From Candidatus Latescibacterota bacterium (GTDB taxonomy: Bacteria; Latescibacterota; UBA2968; UBA8231), in contig CBDCSU010000005.1 of NCBI GenBank assembly GCA_965221775.1, forward strand, positions 864,001-928,000: a stretch of DNA of 64,000 nucleotides, written 5' to 3'. This document shows positions 43,174-51,687 of the stretch, piece by piece. The notes below the pieces were generated by a model. It was given only the letters and a program-made list of their open reading frames with translations. It did no database searches and had not been told where the DNA came from. Position 1 is the stretch's first letter; every line of letters starts with the position of its first letter. Both the position numbers and the translations under genes were made by a program.

Positions 43174-44627
43174 CGCAGACTCCCGAAGCGCCAGTCCTCG
43201 AGGGGGACCATGGCGGCGGGGTCGAAGGCGCCTCCGACTCCCAGGCCGGGGCACTGCAGGCTGCGCACGTCGACGGCGCCTCCGTGGACGTGCAGGAAGC
43301 CGCTCTCGCCCGAGCGCCGGTAGAGGCCCTCGTGCTCGCGCAGCACCCGCTGCCGCTCCGGCGGCGACAGGTGGTCGAGGCCGCGCACGTAGTGGTGGCC
43401 GTTGCGCTCGGCGTGGTCGAGCCCCAGGGCGGCCACGTGGGCCAGGTCCTGGTGCAGGGGGACGACGGGCAGGTTCATCAGGTCCTCGGCGGTGATGAGG
43501 AAGGGGACGCCCCGCTCGCGGCTCAGGCGGCGGGTGAGGGCGGCGTTGGCCAGGGCCTTGAACAGCCCCTTGCAGTTCTTGGTGCTCACGCCGCGGTAGC
43601 CCAGCTCCACGGCGCGCTGGAAGGAGTCGAGATCTCCGTCGCTCTCGTCGATGATCATCGGCTTGCGCGCCGACACGGCGGTGATGCCGGCCGCCTGCTG
43701 TCCGTCGAGGGAGACGCTCCGCTCCAGGGGTTGCTCGACATAGGCGATCGACTCGTGGAAGGCGGGCAGATCCTGCGCGAGGCGCGCCAGCAGCTCGGTG
43801 AAGCCGTCGAGCTCCGTGTACTGCTCGTTGCCGTCGAGGGAGACGGCGTAGCGGCCGGCGCCGGGGATCTCGTCGAGGAGGCGGGCGATGGAGGTGAGCC
43901 GCTCGAGGTCGGCCTCGTGGTCGCCGCCGACCTTGACCTTGAGCCAGCGGAGCCCCTGGACCGCCAGGTAGGCCTCCAGGGACTGGGGGAGTCCGTCGTC
44001 GAGGACCTCCCCTTCGGGCACGTCGGCGTCCCCGATCGGGTCGGTCAGCCCCACGGTGTGGCGCACGGCGATGCTCGCGGAGGGGCGAGGCGCCACGGCC
44101 GCTGACGGCGGCAAACCGGCCAGCGCGGGCAGGATCGCCCCGAGGTCGAGGCCGAGGGGATTGGCGGGATCGGTGAGCAGTTGGTGCCAGGTCCGGCCCG
44201 CGGCCCGTCCCACGGCGTCGATGAGGGCGCGCTCCATGAGGGTGCTGCCGTGGGAGGCGGTGAGGTGGTCGAGGCCGCGCCGGTCGCCGGCCCGCAGGGT
44301 CTCGGCATGGCCGTCGCGCCAGATGTCGAAGACCGGGCGCGGCTCCCGCGAGGCCCCGGCAAAGGCCCGCGCCGCCTGGCGGGCGGCGAAGAGCAGGTCC
44401 TCCACGTTCTCCTCGTAGCTCTTGGCGGGATCCTTGTCGAACCACTTCGGCGGCAGGATGTCGGCCGAAAGGCCCTCGGCCCTGGAGCCGCCGGCCAGCT
44501 CCACCTCGGCCCTCACGTGCAGGATCGGCACGCTCGTCAGGGTGGCCACGCCGTAGCGGAAGGGCATGCGCGTGCGCACGTTGCGCATGGTGAAGCCGAC
44601 CTCGCGCAGAGAGACCCGCTCAGGCAT
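43170..44627 (-). CDS. Uncharacterised enolase-superfamily (mandelate racemase/MLE-like) enzyme, catalytic motifs intact
   Basis: LKVKV, LDGNE, VEQP, IDESD, STKNCKG, ERNGHHY. Confidence 0.8.
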   Translation of the reverse strand: MPERVSLREVGFTMRNVRTRMPFRYGVATLTSVPILHVRAEVELAGGSRAEGLSADILPPKWFDKDPAKSYEENVEDLLFAARQAARAFAGASREPRPVFDIWRDGHAETLRAGDRRGLDHLTASHGSTLMERALIDAVGRAAGRTWHQLLTDPANPLGLDLGAILPALAGLPPSAAVAPRPSASIAVRHTVGLTDPIGDADVPEGEVLDDGLPQSLEAYLAVQGLRWLKVKVGGDHEADLERLTSIARLLDEIPGAGRYAVSLDGNEQYTELDGFTELLARLAQDLPAFHESIAYVEQPLERSVSLDGQQAAGITAVSARKPMIIDESDGDLDSFQRAVELGYRGVSTKNCKGLFKALANAALTRRLSRERGVPFLITAEDLMNLPVVPLHQDLAHVAALGLDHAERNGHHYVRGLDHLSPPERQRVLREHEGLYRRSGESGFLHVHGGAVDVRSLQCPGLGVGGAFDPAAMVPLEDWRFGSLR

Positions 44628-46230
44628 GGGCCAGGGCCTCTCCGGCGGCTTCCGGCTGCCAGTCGGACAGGGCCGTCCACTTCGACGGGTCCACGGGGAA
44701 GCCGATCCCCAGTCCCGGCGCCCGGTTCAGGCTGGCCGCGTCCAGACACCCGCCGCGCACCGCCAGGGACGTACGGTCCTCCGCCAGGACCTCGTAGAGC
44801 CCGACGCGGCTCCGCTTGCAGGCCCCTCTCTCCGCCGGGGAGGCGCGGTCCTCTGCCAGCTCCTCGTAGAGCCCGACGCGGCTCCGCTTGCGGGCCCCGC
44901 TCTCTGCCGGGGAGGCGCGGTCCTCCGCCAGCTCCTCGTAGAGCCCGCCGTGGATCTGCCGGCAGGCCCCTCTCTCCGCCGGGGACAGGTGCCCGAGGCC
45001 CGGCTCGTGCCAGGCTCCCCTGCACTCCACGGGATCGACGCCGAGGGCCGCCATCTGGGCCAGGTGCTGGTGCAGGCCGGCCACGGGGAGGCTGAGCAGC
45101 TCCGCCCCCGTCAGGCGGAAAGGCAGGCCAGACCCGGGGGCGCCGTTCCAGAGCCGGCACAGGGCCTGATTGGCCAGCGCCTTCGTCAGGCCGTTGCCGA
45201 TGCGGGCCGAGGTGCCCGCGTATCCCAGGCCGGCGGCGCGCTTGAAGGCGCCGAGGGTCTCGTCGGACTCGTCGATGAAGACCGGCTTGCGCGCGCCCAG
45301 CGCCGCCACCTCCCGGCCCAAGGCCGCGCCCAGGGCCTCGGCCCTGGGGAAGGGCTGCTCCACCCAGGCGATGGCGGAGTACAGCCGGCGCCCCGCCTCC
45401 GGCCCGGACTCGAGCCGGTCGAGCAGGCCGTGCAGGTGCGCCGGGTCGTCGAAGGCCTCGCCGCCGTCGAGCACGACGGACAGCCCCTCCACCCCGGAGA
45501 GAACCTCGGCGATGCGCTCGAGGCGGTCCCCGTCGGATTCGGCGCGGCCCTCCAGCTCGATGCGGAAGTGGCGCAGCCCCTGCCGGCGGACGCTGGCCTC
45601 CAGCGGCTCCGGCGTGTCACCGCCGGGACCGGCCCCTTGGGGCAGGTCCGCCTCCCCCAGAATGTCGCCGGGGCCCACGGTGTGGCGCACCTGGAGCCGG
45701 ACGGCCGGACGCGGGGGCAGGACATCCGCCGGCGCCGCTCCGGCCAGCTCGGGGTGGACGTCGCCGAGGTCGATCCCGCCGAGGTTGCGGCGCAGGACCT
45801 CGTGATACGGCAGGTCCAGGGCCCGGCCGAGTCCGTCGAAGAGGGCGCGCTCCAGGAGGGCGGCGCCGTGGCCGGCGGCCAGGGGACTCATGCCGCGGTC
45901 CCCGCCCAGGGCGACGGAGGCCTCGTACGCGTCGCGCCAGATGCGGTACACCGGGCGCGGCACCCGCGCCGAGGCCACGGCCACGTCGACGGCGGTGCGC
46001 GCCCCGGCGGCCAGGGCGCGGGCCCCGGTCGGCAGCAGGGGGTCGAACCAGGCCGGCGCCAGCACGTCGGCGGCCACCCCCCGGGCGCGGCGGCCGTCGG
46101 CGGTGCTCAGCTCCAGGGTGAGGTGGATCTCGTCCAGCCTCTCCCGGTCGGCCCCGCCGAGGCGTGCGGGAAAGCGGACGGGCCGGCTGGGCACGGAGAG
46201 CACGGCCTCGTGAAGGCTGACCGGAACCAT
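44620..46230 (-). CDS. Degenerate enolase-superfamily paralog with an internal 24-aa triplication
   Basis: Collinear with 43170..44627, but KxK reads RIE and KNCK reads RIGN; EQP and DES are retained. Confidence 0.7.
   Translation of the reverse strand: MVPVSLHEAVLSVPSRPVRFPARLGGADRERLDEIHLTLELSTADGRRARGVAADVLAPAWFDPLLPTGARALAAGARTAVDVAVASARVPRPVYRIWRDAYEASVALGGDRGMSPLAAGHGAALLERALFDGLGRALDLPYHEVLRRNLGGIDLGDVHPELAGAAPADVLPPRPAVRLQVRHTVGPGDILGEADLPQGAGPGGDTPEPLEASVRRQGLRHFRIELEGRAESDGDRLERIAEVLSGVEGLSVVLDGGEAFDDPAHLHGLLDRLESGPEAGRRLYSAIAWVEQPFPRAEALGAALGREVAALGARKPVFIDESDETLGAFKRAAGLGYAGTSARIGNGLTKALANQALCRLWNGAPGSGLPFRLTGAELLSLPVAGLHQHLAQMAALGVDPVECRGAWHEPGLGHLSPAERGACRQIHGGLYEELAEDRASPAESGARKRSRVGLYEELAEDRASPAERGACKRSRVGLYEVLAEDRTSLAVRGGCLDAASLNRAPGLGIGFPVDPSKWTALSDWQPEAAGEALAHA
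44770..44985 (-). repeat. Three tandem 72-bp in-frame repeats
   Basis: CTCGTAGAGCCC recurs at 44791, 44863 and 44935. Encodes SPAE(R/S)GA...GLYE(E/V)LAEDR three times. Confidence 0.9.
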
Positions 46231-46234
46231 GGGC

Positions 46235-47635
46235 CTACACCGCCAGACTGCCGGCGGCAGCGGCCGGCGGCGGCAGCACCCGCTCGATCTCGTCGACGCG
46301 GTATCCGAAGCCGGCCCCCCGGAGCGAGCCCAGGTCGAGGGCGCCCTCCCTCCGCGAGTACAGCCCCGGATGGACCTCCGCCTCGGCGGCCGAGGCCTGC
46401 GGGTAGAACTGCATGCTGTTGGTCTCCACCCCCATGATGGTATCGGCGTGGGCGGCCAGCAGCACGTGCGGGACCTGGGCCAGCATCGGGTTGGTCAGGT
46501 CCTGCACCATCACCCCCATGCCGTGGGCCCGCGCCCAGCACAGGCTCAGGAGGGCCTCGGTCTGGGTCTTGCACGTCTTCAGGGCGACGCCGTTCCAGCC
46601 CAGACTCCGCCCGAGGCGCACCAGCTTCCAGTCGTGGGCGCTCTCGTCCATGAACAGGGGCTTGCGGGCCGAGACGGCGTGCACGTCGATGCGGTGGGCC
46701 TCCAGGTCGTAGGGGAAGGGCTGCTCCACGTAGAGCACCATCCCGTAGAGCCGCGGGTGCTCGTCCCGCAGGCGGTCGAGGATGTCGTTGACGTAGGCCG
46801 GCTCGGTGACCGTGCAGTTGAAGTCGGCCGACAGCCAGTCGACACCGTGGTCGACGCCGATCTCGCCGACGCGGACGAGGCGCTCGTAGTCCCAGGCCTC
46901 GTCGGTGCCGCGCAGCTTCACCTTCAGGCACTTCAGCCCGTCGCGGCGGATCCAGTCGGCCAGCAGCACGGGGTGTCCGTCCTCGGGCTCGTCCCCGGTC
47001 AACTCGTCCGGAGTCAGCGGGTCGAGGCCGCCGACGAGGTGCCAGGCGGGAAGACGCCGGAGCGGCTCGGCGGCGAGGAAGTCCCGCGGGTAGCGGCCGG
47101 AGAAGTCGACGCCCGCCTCGGCCTCGAGGAAGTGGGCGAGGTCGGCGTTGAGGTGCGCGGCGTCGTAGGTCTCGTACACCGGCCGTCCGCAGAGCTGGCC
47201 GAAGGCGTCGTGAAGGGCGAGGTCGAAGGGAGAGCTGCACACCCGCGCCGCCAGCAGCGGTACCGGGAGGCGGCCCCGGCGGAACTCCTCCAGGAGCGCC
47301 GGCAGCTCAAGCTGGAAGGCGTGCCCCACCTCCAGGGCGTGGCCGCTGGCCTCGAAGTCGCTCCAGGCGCAGACCTGCTCGACGGTGAAGGCGATCAGGG
47401 CCTGGTGGCGCTCCTCGTAGGACAGCTCCGAGGGCCAGACCCACTGCACGCTCAGTGGGGTCTCCCCCCACCCCTCGGCGCGGCGGCCGTCGGCGGCGGC
47501 CACCTCCAGGCGGACGCGGGCCACGGTGACGCTGGTGGTGGTCTCCGGTCCGAACTTCAGCGGCACCCGGGTCTCCACCGGCAGCAGGTGGAGGGCCGCG
47601 CCGGTGACCCGGACGTCGGTCGGCCGCGGCGTCAC
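46235..47635 (-). CDS. Mandelate racemase/MLE family enolase-superfamily enzyme
   Basis: GWGETPL, LKVKL, SADFN, VEQP, MDES, ALKTCKT. GTG start overlaps the argH stop. Confidence 0.82.
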   Translation of the reverse strand: MTPRPTDVRVTGAALHLLPVETRVPLKFGPETTTSVTVARVRLEVAAADGRRAEGWGETPLSVQWVWPSELSYEERHQALIAFTVEQVCAWSDFEASGHALEVGHAFQLELPALLEEFRRGRLPVPLLAARVCSSPFDLALHDAFGQLCGRPVYETYDAAHLNADLAHFLEAEAGVDFSGRYPRDFLAAEPLRRLPAWHLVGGLDPLTPDELTGDEPEDGHPVLLADWIRRDGLKCLKVKLRGTDEAWDYERLVRVGEIGVDHGVDWLSADFNCTVTEPAYVNDILDRLRDEHPRLYGMVLYVEQPFPYDLEAHRIDVHAVSARKPLFMDESAHDWKLVRLGRSLGWNGVALKTCKTQTEALLSLCWARAHGMGVMVQDLTNPMLAQVPHVLLAAHADTIMGVETNSMQFYPQASAAEAEVHPGLYSRREGALDLGSLRGAGFGYRVDEIERVLPPPAAAAGSLAV

Positions 47636-49029
47636 CCGTCCGGTCCGGCCCCGGCCAGGATCTCCCTGGCCTGTTGCAGCTGGCGCTCCACGGCGGCCGG
47701 GCCGGTGCCGCCGTCGATGTTGCGCCGGTCCAGGCTCGCCCGCAGATCCAGCCGCCCCAGGGCGTGCTCGTCGAAGGCGGCGTGGTGGGCCCGCAGGTCG
47801 GCCAGGGCCAGGTCGGTGAGCGCCCGCCCCTCGGAGGCGGCTTCGCGGACGACGGCCCCCACCACCCGGTGCGCCTCGCGGAAGGGCACCCCCGCCTCCA
47901 CGAGGAAGTCGGCCAGCTCCGTGGCCAGGGCGCCGGCGTCCACCGCCGCGGCCATGCGCCCGGGCTTGATCTCCATCGTCTCCCAGGCCGAGGCGAAGAC
48001 CTCGAGACAGTCGGAGGCGGTGTCGAAGGCGTCGAAGACGGGCTCCTTGTCCTCCTGCAGGTCCTTGCCGTAGGTCAGACCGAGGCCCTTCATCGCCGTC
48101 AGCAGGGCGACCAGATCGCCGTACACGCGCCCCGTCTTGCCGCGCACCAGCTCCAGGGAGTCGGGGTTCTTCTTCTGCGGCATCATGCTCGAGCCGGTAG
48201 CCCAGGCGTCGTCGAGCTCGACGAAGCCGAACTCGGCCGAGGAGAACAGGACCAGGTCCTCGCAGTAGCGGCTCAGGTGCATCATCAGGATCGAGAGCGC
48301 CGCCAGGGCCTCGAGGAGGAAGTCGCGGTCGGAGACCGCGTCCAAGCTGTTGGGGGTCACCCCCGAGAACCCCAGCTCCCGCGCCATGAACTCCCGGTCG
48401 AGGGCGAAGGCGGAACCCGCCAGGGCGCCGGAGCCGAGGGGCATGCGATCGCTGCGGCCCAAGGCGTCCCGCAGCCGCCCCAGGTCCCGCTCCAGGGCCC
48501 AGAACAGGGACAGGGCGTAGTGGGCGAACACGATCGGCTGCGCCTGCTGCAGGTGCGTGTACCCCGGCAGCACCGTCTGGCGGTGGTCCTCGGCGCCGGC
48601 CACCAGGACCGCCTGCAGCCGGCGGATGCGCCCGCCCACGGCCTCCGTGGCGGCGCGCAGGTAGAGGCGCTCGTCGAGGCTGACCTGGTCGTTGCGGCTG
48701 CGGCCGGCGTGCAGCTTGCCGCCGAGAGGCCCGAGGATCCCGGTGAGCCGGGCCTCGACGGCCATGTGCACGTCCTCCACGCCGGGGTCCCACTCGTGGC
48801 CGGGGGCGGACAGCTCCCGCAGGACCTGGTCGAGGCCCTCGAGGAGGCGGGCGCACTCCAAGGCCGTGAGCAGGCCGGCCCGCTCCAGGGCGCGGGCGTA
48901 GACCTTGCTGCCGGCGACGTCGACCTCCAGCAGGCGGCGGTCGAAGCCGATGGAGGCGTTGAAGCGCTCCATCAGCTCGGCCGTGGCCCCGGAGAACCGG
49001 CCGCCCCATGCCTTGTCGGAACCGGACAT
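47632..49029 (-). CDS. argH: Argininosuccinate lyase
   Basis: WGGRF, GRSRNDQV, PGYTHLQ.AQP, GSSMMPQKKNPD. Confidence 0.97.
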   Translation of the reverse strand: MSGSDKAWGGRFSGATAELMERFNASIGFDRRLLEVDVAGSKVYARALERAGLLTALECARLLEGLDQVLRELSAPGHEWDPGVEDVHMAVEARLTGILGPLGGKLHAGRSRNDQVSLDERLYLRAATEAVGGRIRRLQAVLVAGAEDHRQTVLPGYTHLQQAQPIVFAHYALSLFWALERDLGRLRDALGRSDRMPLGSGALAGSAFALDREFMARELGFSGVTPNSLDAVSDRDFLLEALAALSILMMHLSRYCEDLVLFSSAEFGFVELDDAWATGSSMMPQKKNPDSLELVRGKTGRVYGDLVALLTAMKGLGLTYGKDLQEDKEPVFDAFDTASDCLEVFASAWETMEIKPGRMAAAVDAGALATELADFLVEAGVPFREAHRVVGAVVREAASEGRALTDLALADLRAHHAAFDEHALGRLDLRASLDRRNIDGGTGPAAVERQLQQAREILAGAGPDG

Positions 49030-49045
49030 GATCGGCGCGGCGGGA

Positions 49046-50242
49046 CTAGCTCTGCCGGAGGATCTCGTCGAAGACGTCGATGACCTCGTCGATGCGGTCC
49101 TCGTCGACGATCAGCGGCGGCAGGAAGCGCACCATGTCGGGGCCGCAGGGCGCCGCGAGGATCTCGCGCTCCCGGAAGTCGGCCAGGTAGTCGGCGGCCG
49201 GCCGGTCGGTGACCACCGCCCCCTGGATGAGCCCCCGGCCGCGGAGCTCGGAGATCCGCTCGGGCCAGCGCTGCTGCAGCTTCTCCAGCCCCGTCCGCAG
49301 ACGCTGGCCGTTGCGGGCCACGCCTTCGAGGAACCCGTCGGCCGTGATCTTGTCGAGCACCGCCAGGGCCACGTTGGCCACCACCGGGTTGGCCCCGAAG
49401 GTGGCGGCGTGGTCCCCCGCCTGCAGGGCGTCGGCGACCTTCTGGGTCATCAGGGCGGCGCCGATGGGCAGCCCGCCGCCGAGGGCCTTGGCCAGGGTCA
49501 TCACGTCGGGCTCCACCCCGTACTGCTGGTAGGCCCACAGCGTGCCCGTCCGCCCCATGCCGACCTGGATCTCGTCGAAGGCGAGCAGCAGGCCGCGGTC
49601 GTCGCACAGCTTGCGCAGCCCCTGGAGGAAGTCATCGGTGGCCACGTGGACCCCGCCCTCGCCCTGGATCGGCTCCACGAGGACGGCGCAGGTCTGGTCG
49701 TCGACGAGGGCCTCCACCGATGCCAGGTCGTTGAAGTCGGCGAAGTCGACGCCGGGAAGGAGCGGGCCGAAGCCCTCGTGGTAGCGCGGCTGTCCCGTGG
49801 TGGAGAGGGAGCCGAGGGTGCGCCCGTGGAAGGAGTTGCGGAAGGCGATCAGCTTGTGGCGCCCGCCGGAGGTGTGGCCCCACTTGCGGCAGAACTTCAG
49901 CGCCGCCTCCCAGGCCTCGGTGCCGCTGTTGCAGAAGAACACGCGGTCGGCGAAGGAGCTCTCCACCAGGCTCTTGGCCAGGCGGGTGGAGGGCACCGTG
50001 TGGTAGAGGTTGGAGACGTGCATGAGCTGCGCCGACTGCTGCTCGATCGCCTTGAGGACGTCGTAGTCGCCGTAGCCGAGGGCGTTGACCGCCAGGCCGC
50101 TGACGAAGTCGAGGTAGCGGTTGCCGTCGAGGTCGAAGAGGTAGACGCCGTTGCCGCGCTCCAGGACGAAGTCGGGCCGGCCGTAGGTCTGCAGGATGTA
50201 CTTGTGCTCCTGCTCGATGAGGTTCTCGGTCTTTATCGTCAT
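49046..50242 (-). CDS. argD: Acetylornithine aminotransferase
   Basis: FFCNSGTEA, SFHGRT, EPIQGEGG, DEIQVGMGRTG, LAKALGGG (PLP Lys). Operon context. Confidence 0.92.
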   Translation of the reverse strand: MTIKTENLIEQEHKYILQTYGRPDFVLERGNGVYLFDLDGNRYLDFVSGLAVNALGYGDYDVLKAIEQQSAQLMHVSNLYHTVPSTRLAKSLVESSFADRVFFCNSGTEAWEAALKFCRKWGHTSGGRHKLIAFRNSFHGRTLGSLSTTGQPRYHEGFGPLLPGVDFADFNDLASVEALVDDQTCAVLVEPIQGEGGVHVATDDFLQGLRKLCDDRGLLLAFDEIQVGMGRTGTLWAYQQYGVEPDVMTLAKALGGGLPIGAALMTQKVADALQAGDHAATFGANPVVANVALAVLDKITADGFLEGVARNGQRLRTGLEKLQQRWPERISELRGRGLIQGAVVTDRPAADYLADFREREILAAPCGPDMVRFLPPLIVDEDRIDEVIDVFDEILRQS

Positions 50243-50260
50243 GTCGTTCCCCTCTTTCCG

Positions 50261-51139
50261 CTAGCGAAGGATCTGCGAGCCCACGCCCTCGTCGGTGAAG
50301 AACTCGAGGAGCAGGGAGTGGGGGATGCGTCCGTCCACGATATGGGTCTTGCGCACACCGGCTCGAACCGAGCGCACGCCGGCGCGCACCTTGGGGATCA
50401 TCCCCCCTTGCAGCACGCCGCTGTCGATCAGGCCCTGCACCTCGTCGACGCGCACCGTGGAGATCAGGGTCGACTCGTCGGCGGGATTCTCGAGGATCCC
50501 GGTGACGTCGGTGAGGAAGACGAGCTTCTCCGCCCGCAGGGCCGCGGCGATCTCTCCCGCCGCGGTGTCGGCGTTGACGTTGTAGGCCTCGCCGTCCTCC
50601 CCCCGGCCGATGGGGGCCACCACGGGGATCGTCTCGCCGTCGATCAGCTCCCGCAGCGGCGCCGCGTCGACGCGGACCACGTCGCCCACGAAACCCAGGT
50701 CCACGGGGCCTTCCCGCGTCTGCGCCACATGGGGGCGTACCTGGAGCACGCCGGCCTCGCGGGCCGAGAGGCCGCGCACGCGCCCCCCGAGGGACTCGAT
50801 CTCTCCCACCAGGCCGTTGTTGACCTCCCCCGCCAGGACCTCCTCCACCACCTGCATCGTCTCCCGGTCGGTGATGCGCAGGCCGTTGACCCGCCGGGTC
50901 TCCACGTTGCGCTCGCGCAGGCGCCGGTCGATGGCCGGGCCCCCGCCGTGGACGACGACCGGGTTGATGCCCACGTGCTCCATGAAGACGAGGTCCCGCA
51001 GGACGGTGTCGGCGCCGCCCTCCGAGGCCAGGGTGCTGCCGCCGTACTTGACGACCACCGTCTTGCCGCGGAAGGCCTGGATGTACGGCAGCGCCTCGGC
51101 CAGGACCGACGCCTTGTCGATGTAGCTCTGAAGCTCCAT
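50261..51139 (-). CDS. argB: Acetylglutamate kinase
   Basis: EALPYI, VVKYGG, VHGGG, NVNAD, GGMIPK. Confidence 0.95.
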   Translation of the reverse strand: MELQSYIDKASVLAEALPYIQAFRGKTVVVKYGGSTLASEGGADTVLRDLVFMEHVGINPVVVHGGGPAIDRRLRERNVETRRVNGLRITDRETMQVVEEVLAGEVNNGLVGEIESLGGRVRGLSAREAGVLQVRPHVAQTREGPVDLGFVGDVVRVDAAPLRELIDGETIPVVAPIGRGEDGEAYNVNADTAAGEIAAALRAEKLVFLTDVTGILENPADESTLISTVRVDEVQGLIDSGVLQGGMIPKVRAGVRSVRAGVRKTHIVDGRIPHSLLLEFFTDEGVGSQILR

Positions 51140-51147
51140 CGGCGGAC

Positions 51148-51621
51148 CTACCCGTCCTCCTCCCGGCCGCCGATGGCGGTGACCCGCCGCACCACGGCGC
51201 GCGCCTCGGAGGCGCTGCGGGACAGGACGAAGATCGTGTTCTCGCCGGCCAGGGTTGCCATCACCTCGGTCCACTCCAGTCGATCGACGGCCTCGCACAC
51301 GGCCTGGGCATGGCCCGAGAGCGTTCGGATGACCGTCATGTTGCCGGCGCGGTCGACGCCGGTCACGTAGTCGCGCAGCTCGCGCTCGAAGACGCCGCGG
51401 TCGTTGTAGGCTCCCCGGATCTCCGGCAGGGAATAGCGGAAACCGCCGCCGGCGCGGGGCACGCGCACGACGCCGAGCTCGCGCAGGTCCTTGGAAAGGG
51501 TGGACTGGCTGACCTCGATGCCCCGGCGCGCCAGCGCCTCCGCCAGGCGCTCGTGGGTGTCGATGCGTTCGGCCTGCAGCAACTCCCGGATCGTTGCCTG
51601 GCGTGCCCTTCGGGTATTCAC
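51148..51621 (-). CDS. argR: Arginine repressor
   Basis: Winged HTH SQSTLSKDLREL and C-terminal IRTLSGHA...TLAGENT. Confidence 0.92.
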   Translation of the reverse strand: MNTRRARQATIRELLQAERIDTHERLAEALARRGIEVSQSTLSKDLRELGVVRVPRAGGGFRYSLPEIRGAYNDRGVFERELRDYVTGVDRAGNMTVIRTLSGHAQAVCEAVDRLEWTEVMATLAGENTIFVLSRSASEARAVVRRVTAIGGREEDG

Positions 51622-51623
51622 GG

Positions 51624-51662
51624 CCTGAATAACTATTCTCTTTTTTGGAATAAGTATTCAAT
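51624..51662. promoter_or_regulatory. Tandem ARG boxes (ArgR operator)
   Basis: TGAATAACTATTCT (51626-51639) and GGAATAAGTATTCA (51647-51660), 21 bp apart, matching TGAATAwwtATTCA, directly upstream of argR. Confidence 0.85.
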
Positions 51663-51687
51663 ATAGGCCGCTTCCGCGGACTGTCAA
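51660..51687 (-). promoter_or_regulatory. sigma70 promoter of the argR operon
   Basis: Minus strand TTGACA (51687-51682), 16 bp, TATATT (51665-51660), abutting the ARG box. Confidence 0.7.

Noticed and set aside
44770-44985. Regularly spaced repeats as a possible CRISPR array
   Set aside because: No unique spacers, the unit is an in-frame 72 bp inside a CDS, and no cas genes are present.
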